Origin: Trueperaceae bacterium
GTDB lineage: Bacteria > Deinococcota > Deinococci > Deinococcales > Trueperaceae
Direction: 5' to 3'
NCBI GenBank assembly: GCA_034520945.1
Contig: JAXHNB010000008.1
Coordinates: 32,001 to 96,000 of the forward strand
DNA: 64,000 nucleotides
The position numbers and the translations under genes are program-made. Of this stretch, positions 59,714 to 64,000 are shown in pieces. How positions within the stretch are numbered: the stretch's first letter is position 1; every line of letters starts with the position of its first letter. The notes under the pieces are model-generated. The model ran no database searches. It saw only the letters and a program-made list of their open reading frames with translations, and had not been told where the DNA came from.

Positions 59714-60460
59714 ATGCCGAAGCTACAGGCTGCGATGCATGCGAATCGAACCGGCACGGGCCTACGAGACATCGCGGGTCCGCATCTCCGCCTGGCGCTG
59801 CTTCTCGCCTTCAGCTGTTTGGCGACGATGCTCCTCCTGGCGCTCGCACCGCCCGCCCACGCGCAAGCCTTGCCCGACGGCGTGGAGACGGTGCCGTGGA
59901 TCTGCCCCGAGCGCGAGATCGACGACGAGGCGCGCGCACGCCGCGTCGCGGCACTATCTGCCGAGGAACGCGCCCGTCGCGCCGAGTACCGGCGGGTGTT
60001 TCCCGCCTACGTCGAGGCCGTCGGCAGCGCGCCGGACACGGAGCTGCTCAACCCGGTCGAGGGCACCCGCGTATCCCAGATCGCCGACACCTGGGGCGGC
60101 GCACGCGCCGGCAACCGCGTCCACGAGGGGCAGGACATCTTCGCGCCCGAGGGTAGACCGGTGCGCAGCGCCACGGAGGGGTACGTGTGGCGCATCGGCG
60201 AACGCGCGCTGGGCGGCAAGACCGTGACCGTGATCGGCGACGGCGCACGGCGCTACTACTACGCGCACCTGTCCGAATACGCCGACATCCGCGAAGGACA
60301 GCGCGTGACGCCGGACACCGTGATCGGGTACGTCGGCAAGACGGGCAACGCCGCCGCCACGCCGCCCCACCTGCACCTGGGCGTCTACGAGAGCTGGTCG
60401 GACGGCGAGCCGTGCGGGTGGGAGGCGCTGGACCCGCTGCCGCTGCTGGTGGATCGCTGA
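59714..60460 (+). CDS. M23 family peptidase
   Basis: HEGQDIFA, YYYAHL, GYVG.TGNA, PHLH; TACACT -10 just upstream. Confidence 0.9.
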   Translation: MPKLQAAMHANRTGTGLRDIAGPHLRLALLLAFSCLATMLLLALAPPAHAQALPDGVETVPWICPEREIDDEARARRVAALSAEERARRAEYRRVFPAYVEAVGSAPDTELLNPVEGTRVSQIADTWGGARAGNRVHEGQDIFAPEGRPVRSATEGYVWRIGERALGGKTVTVIGDGARRYYYAHLSEYADIREGQRVTPDTVIGYVGKTGNAAATPPHLHLGVYESWSDGEPCGWEALDPLPLLVDR

Positions 60461-60852
60461 GGAACAGTCTCACGCGGTTTGGCGGGGAGGTCGCGAGAAC
60501 GTGGGTGGATTGCGCTCGTCGAACGCGCCTCGAACGTCGGCGACGCCAGGGGCGCAATCATGGCGGCCGTTCACAGGGACGATCATGCAGTGCTCTGGCG
60601 GGTCCGACCGAACCGTGACCGCCACTTGACAGACACAGGTGCGCACCGCGCATAATGCGTGGGAATAGAAACGAACGACTGTGCGGGCATGCGTTGCCTA
60701 CTGGTTGGCTCGACCCAGTCGACCAGGGGGGCAGTGGTCACGCAACCCCGCACGGCCCAGCGGCCGCGGCACGCGCCGCGCGGTCGAGAAGGGAGGTGGT
60801 ACGGTCCACGATTTCCCCACCGAACGCCGATCCGGAGATTGAGAGGTCAGCC

Positions 60853-61794
60853 ATGACCATACGAAACCGCCTTCCCGAACGTTTGGAAAAACGCCGCTCG
60901 AGCCCACGTGACATCCGCCGCCACGACTCGAACGGCGGGTGGTTGCCGCCCGCCGCCTTCGTTGCGCTTCTACTGGGTGCGCTGGCGCTGGCCATGGGAA
61001 GTGCCCTCGCTTCCGGCTCGGGCGGGGACGGATTCCCGTCCTGGCACCAAGACTTCGAGCAAAACGTCGACGGCTGGATCGGCGACGACGTGGCGGGCGG
61101 AGGAGGCTGGTGTGGCACCATCGACCACCGCTCCTCCGCCGACGGCCCTGTCGAGCCTAGTTCGGGCGACGCCTACGCCGTGGCGATCGGCGGGCCCTGC
61201 AACGCGTACTACCAGGAGCTAGATTTCCCACCCAACGGTCCGTACTCGTATGGCGCAGCCTACTCCACGTCGTTCCCGGAAGGTGGGTTCGCGGTCGAGC
61301 TGGACATCTTCTTGGATCCAGCGCAGGACCTCGAGTTCACCTACTGGACCTCCTTCAGCAAGCTCGACGTGCGCGACGAGCCGGGCCCCCCGAGGGACGA
61401 CGACCCGGAGGGGGACTTCGGCAACTGGGCCAGCAGCCTTCGCTATCAGGTGGTTCCCCTGGACGGCGGTGACGGAGACATCGTCGTCGGTGACAATGAA
61501 CTGACCGGCGGAGAACACCGTGTCGGCGAGGCCGGCTGGTATACCTTCCGGCACTCGTTCACGAAGGCCGCCGACGGCGACGTGAACGTCGAGTTCGAGC
61601 TCGAACGTGCCGGCGAGGTCGTGTTTTCCGCCTCGCCCGACACCGCCTACACGCCCGAGGGTGCCGAAGGCCCGACCTTCGCGCTGTCGGAGATCGCGGC
61701 GGAGAACGTGGGGACGGGCTACATCTGGCTCGGTCTGCCGGGTGGCATGGAGCTGCCCATCGACCGGCATCAGGTGCGAACGCTCGGTCCATGA
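60853..61794 (+). CDS. Secreted or membrane-anchored hypothetical protein (beta-rich)
   Basis: GAGAGG RBS; hydrophobic N-terminal segment; acidic Gly/aromatic-rich body. Confidence 0.7.
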   Translation: MTIRNRLPERLEKRRSSPRDIRRHDSNGGWLPPAAFVALLLGALALAMGSALASGSGGDGFPSWHQDFEQNVDGWIGDDVAGGGGWCGTIDHRSSADGPVEPSSGDAYAVAIGGPCNAYYQELDFPPNGPYSYGAAYSTSFPEGGFAVELDIFLDPAQDLEFTYWTSFSKLDVRDEPGPPRDDDPEGDFGNWASSLRYQVVPLDGGDGDIVVGDNELTGGEHRVGEAGWYTFRHSFTKAADGDVNVEFELERAGEVVFSASPDTAYTPEGAEGPTFALSEIAAENVGTGYIWLGLPGGMELPIDRHQVRTLGP

Positions 61795-61991
61795 TCACTT
61801 GGGTCCTGACCGACCCTCCCGCCTCTTGGACGGGCACGTCCCCACTTCCGTGAGTCCGTGAAACCAATCGGTATGCCCGTGATCCACCCCCCGCCCTCGC
61901 CGCGAGGGCGGGCACTTCTCATTCGGGGCCCCGGCCCGCGAACAGTTCGCCGGCACGCCGGGCACGTGCAAATGCACGGTGGGATGGTAAC

Positions 61992-62660
61992 TCAGTCGCT
62001 ACCCGCCTCGTGCCGCGCCGCCTCGATCACCTTCCAGTCCTCCGCGAAGCCGGCGCACGCTTCGTCCACCAGCGGTTGGGTCAGGAATCGCTCCACGTCG
62101 CGCGCCCACACGAAGCATGCGCCGACGCCCATGCGGGCGTAGGTGGGGATCTCGGTGGCGTCGTAGATGCCGGGGCAGAGCTGCACGTCGCTCTCCTGCG
62201 CGTCGAGGAGGTCCTGCATGCGGCGCACCTCGTCCTGCTTGGAGGCGAGGCCGGCGCGTTGCAGCATGCCGCCGTACGGCGCCACCATCCGCGCGCCGGC
62301 GGCCACGGCGAAGGTCAGCCAGGTGGCGGTGGGGACGACGGTCGCCATCGGCTCGATGTCTTGGTCGTGCAGGGTGCGGATCACGCCCAGGCCGCTCGGC
62401 GTGGCGGGCACCTTGATGCCGACGCGGCGGGGGTCGATCGCCAGCATGCGCTCGGCCTCGTCCAGCATCTCCTCGCGCGAGGCGTCGCGCAGTTGGTACC
62501 AGGCGTGCCCGGCGACGCCGATCAGGTCACGGAACAGCGCCGCCGGGTCCCGCTTCTCCGCGGCCACGACGGCGGGGTTGGTGATCACGCCGCGCCATAT
62601 GCCCAGCCGCATGTGGGTCTCGACGGTGGCGGGGTTCGCGCTCGCTAGCCAGAAGTTCAT
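61992..62660 (-). CDS. Transaldolase/fructose-6-phosphate aldolase family protein (divergent)
   Basis: GVITNP, IKVPAT..G, GA..VAPY. Confidence 0.8.
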   Translation of the reverse strand: MNFWLASANPATVETHMRLGIWRGVITNPAVVAAEKRDPAALFRDLIGVAGHAWYQLRDASREEMLDEAERMLAIDPRRVGIKVPATPSGLGVIRTLHDQDIEPMATVVPTATWLTFAVAAGARMVAPYGGMLQRAGLASKQDEVRRMQDLLDAQESDVQLCPGIYDATEIPTYARMGVGACFVWARDVERFLTQPLVDEACAGFAEDWKVIEAARHEAGSD

Positions 62661-63580
62661 GCCTCGCTCCGTTCCCGGCCGAAGAGGGCCGCGCCGATGC
62701 TACCCGAGTGCCGGCCGAGCTCGGCGGGCACGACCGGGACCGCCAGGCCGCCGGGGCGCCATTCGACCTCGTCCAACTCGGTGGTGAGCGGCGCGAACAA
62801 GACGTCGCCCGCCGCCGCCAGCCCACCGCCCAGGATCACACGTTCGGGGTCGAACACGTTCACGATCGAGGCGATCCCTGCGGCCAGGGCCCGCACCATG
62901 CGGCCCCACTCGGCGGTGGCGGCAGGTTGGCCGGTGCGCACGTCCGCCAGCAGGGCTTCGTTCGACGCGTAGCGCCCGCCGGTTCGGTCGGCCAGGTAGG
63001 CGGCGCCAAGGTGCCACTCCAGCGTGCCGGGGGTGGGAAACACGCTGGGCGGCCCGTCGGGATCCAGGCTGATGTGTCCCAGGTGCCCCGCGCGGCGGTT
63101 GCGGCCCTCGAACAGCTGACCGTTCAGCATCACGCCGCCCCCAACGCCCGTGCCGAGGGTGAGCATCGCGATGTCGCGCGCCCCGCGGCCCGCGCCGAGG
63201 CGTGCCTCGCCGAGGACGGCGGCGTGGGCGTCGTTCAGCGCGTGCACGCGCGGTGCGTCCGTGCCGGCGGGCAGCGCGTCGCGCAGCGCTGCGGTCCAGT
63301 CGATCCCTTCCAGCCCGGCCAGCTTGCCGGGCAGCGACACCACGGCGCGATGCGCGGCGTCGACGATGCCGGGCGTGGCGATGCCGACGCTCGGGACGGC
63401 ACCGGCGTCGCGCAGCTCGCCAATCGCCGCCGCGATCAGCTGGAGCCGTTCGCGGCGGTTGCGATCCGGGTCCGGCTGGTCGGCCACGTCGTGCACGCGC
63501 GTCCAGCGGACGGACGGTGCAGCGTCCAGCAGGGCCAGTTTGACGGAGCTCCCGCCGATGTCGATGCCTAGGTGGTGCAG
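62657..63580 (-). CDS. ROK family sugar kinase
   Basis: LGIDIGGS, GIATPG, NDAHAA.LGE, TLGTGVGGG, GHLGH, VILGGG; start appears to be CTG at 63580. Confidence 0.88.
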   Translation of the reverse strand: MHHLGIDIGGSSVKLALLDAAPSVRWTRVHDVADQPDPDRNRRERLQLIAAAIGELRDAGAVPSVGIATPGIVDAAHRAVVSLPGKLAGLEGIDWTAALRDALPAGTDAPRVHALNDAHAAVLGEARLGAGRGARDIAMLTLGTGVGGGVMLNGQLFEGRNRRAGHLGHISLDPDGPPSVFPTPGTLEWHLGAAYLADRTGGRYASNEALLADVRTGQPAATAEWGRMVRALAAGIASIVNVFDPERVILGGGLAAAGDVLFAPLTTELDEVEWRPGGLAVPVVPAELGRHSGSIGAALFGRERSEA

Positions 63581-63684
63581 GGCGCCTCCGTTGGGTTAGC
63601 GTCGAGCCACGCATGAACGGGTGCCGTCCGAACTTCGGGGGTACTTGCTGCCAGCAGAGCGCTCGTGTCCAGGTCGTTCGTCAA
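63568..63684 (-). pseudogene. Truncated VapC/PIN toxin remnant
   Basis: TTG overlaps the antitoxin stop; LTNDLDTSALLAASTPEVRTAPVHAWLDA.. stops after 38 aa. Confidence 0.55.
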
Positions 63685-63929
63685 TAGCGTTCCTCGTCGC
63701 GCATGCGGCGCACGAGTTCGCTGCTGGACTCCGGCTGGTGCGGCAACCTTCGCACCAACGCGCGTGCTGCGGCGACGTCCAGGGGCCGGCGTGTCGTGCG
63801 CACGGGGGTCAGGACCGCCACGGGCCTGCCACGCTTGGTGATCACGATCTCTTCCCCGTGTTCGGCGCGTTCGGTCAGTTCGCTGAGGCGGGCCTTGGCT
63901 TCGGCCAGGCCGATGGTTTGGCGATCCAT
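63681..63929 (-). CDS. Phd/YefM family antitoxin
   Basis: IGLAEAKARLSEL..RAE.GEEIVITKRGRPVA. Confidence 0.92.
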   Translation of the reverse strand: MDRQTIGLAEAKARLSELTERAEHGEEIVITKRGRPVAVLTPVRTTRRPLDVAAARALVRRLPHQPESSSELVRRMRDEERY

Positions 63930-64000
63930 GTGCGGCCCCTTTTCTGACCCGTTCGTGGGTCAGACCGTAGCATGCAATGTGCGATTGGCCGCCGCGGTCA

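Noticed and set aside
1..64000. rRNA, tRNA, prophage or transposase genes
   Set aside because: None recognised by eye; not excluded without tRNAscan/Infernal/HMM searches.

Overview
GC-rich bacterial DNA, most consistent with Deinococcota (Trueperaceae-like); this is inferred from gene content and many leaderless TANNNT promoters. In order: a phosphonate-type ABC binding protein and a PhnF-like GntR; a BTAD-ATPase-TPR regulator divergent from a LamG/M23/PKD lipoprotein; oxidoreductases; a LacI-controlled catabolic cluster built around a lactate-racemase (LarA)-like enzyme, in indel-rich sequence; a ~5.37 kb diverged tandem duplication of a GlnA4-like gamma-glutamylation cluster; arsR-acr3; an IclR sugar ABC/BNR-repeat/DHDPS-family/isomerase/FGGY cluster; three intact toxin-antitoxin pairs and three antitoxins with decayed toxins; a WYL regulator; a REC-EAL/histidine kinase pair; a peroxiredoxin; TetR plus glycosyltransferase; and ROK/transaldolase. 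The standout is a four-gene overlapping operon at 53859-56913. It encodes a phycobiliprotein-like globin fused to a CarH-type B12-binding domain (photocobilin-like), a GGDEF diguanylate cyclase, an IsdG/MhuD-fold ABM monooxygenase and a ferredoxin-dependent bilin reductase homologue. It looks like a self-contained heme-to-bilin light-sensing c-di-GMP module that may use a non-canonical heme oxygenase. No rRNA, tRNA, CRISPR array or transposase was recognised. All calls come from reading motifs by eye; no database searches were run.
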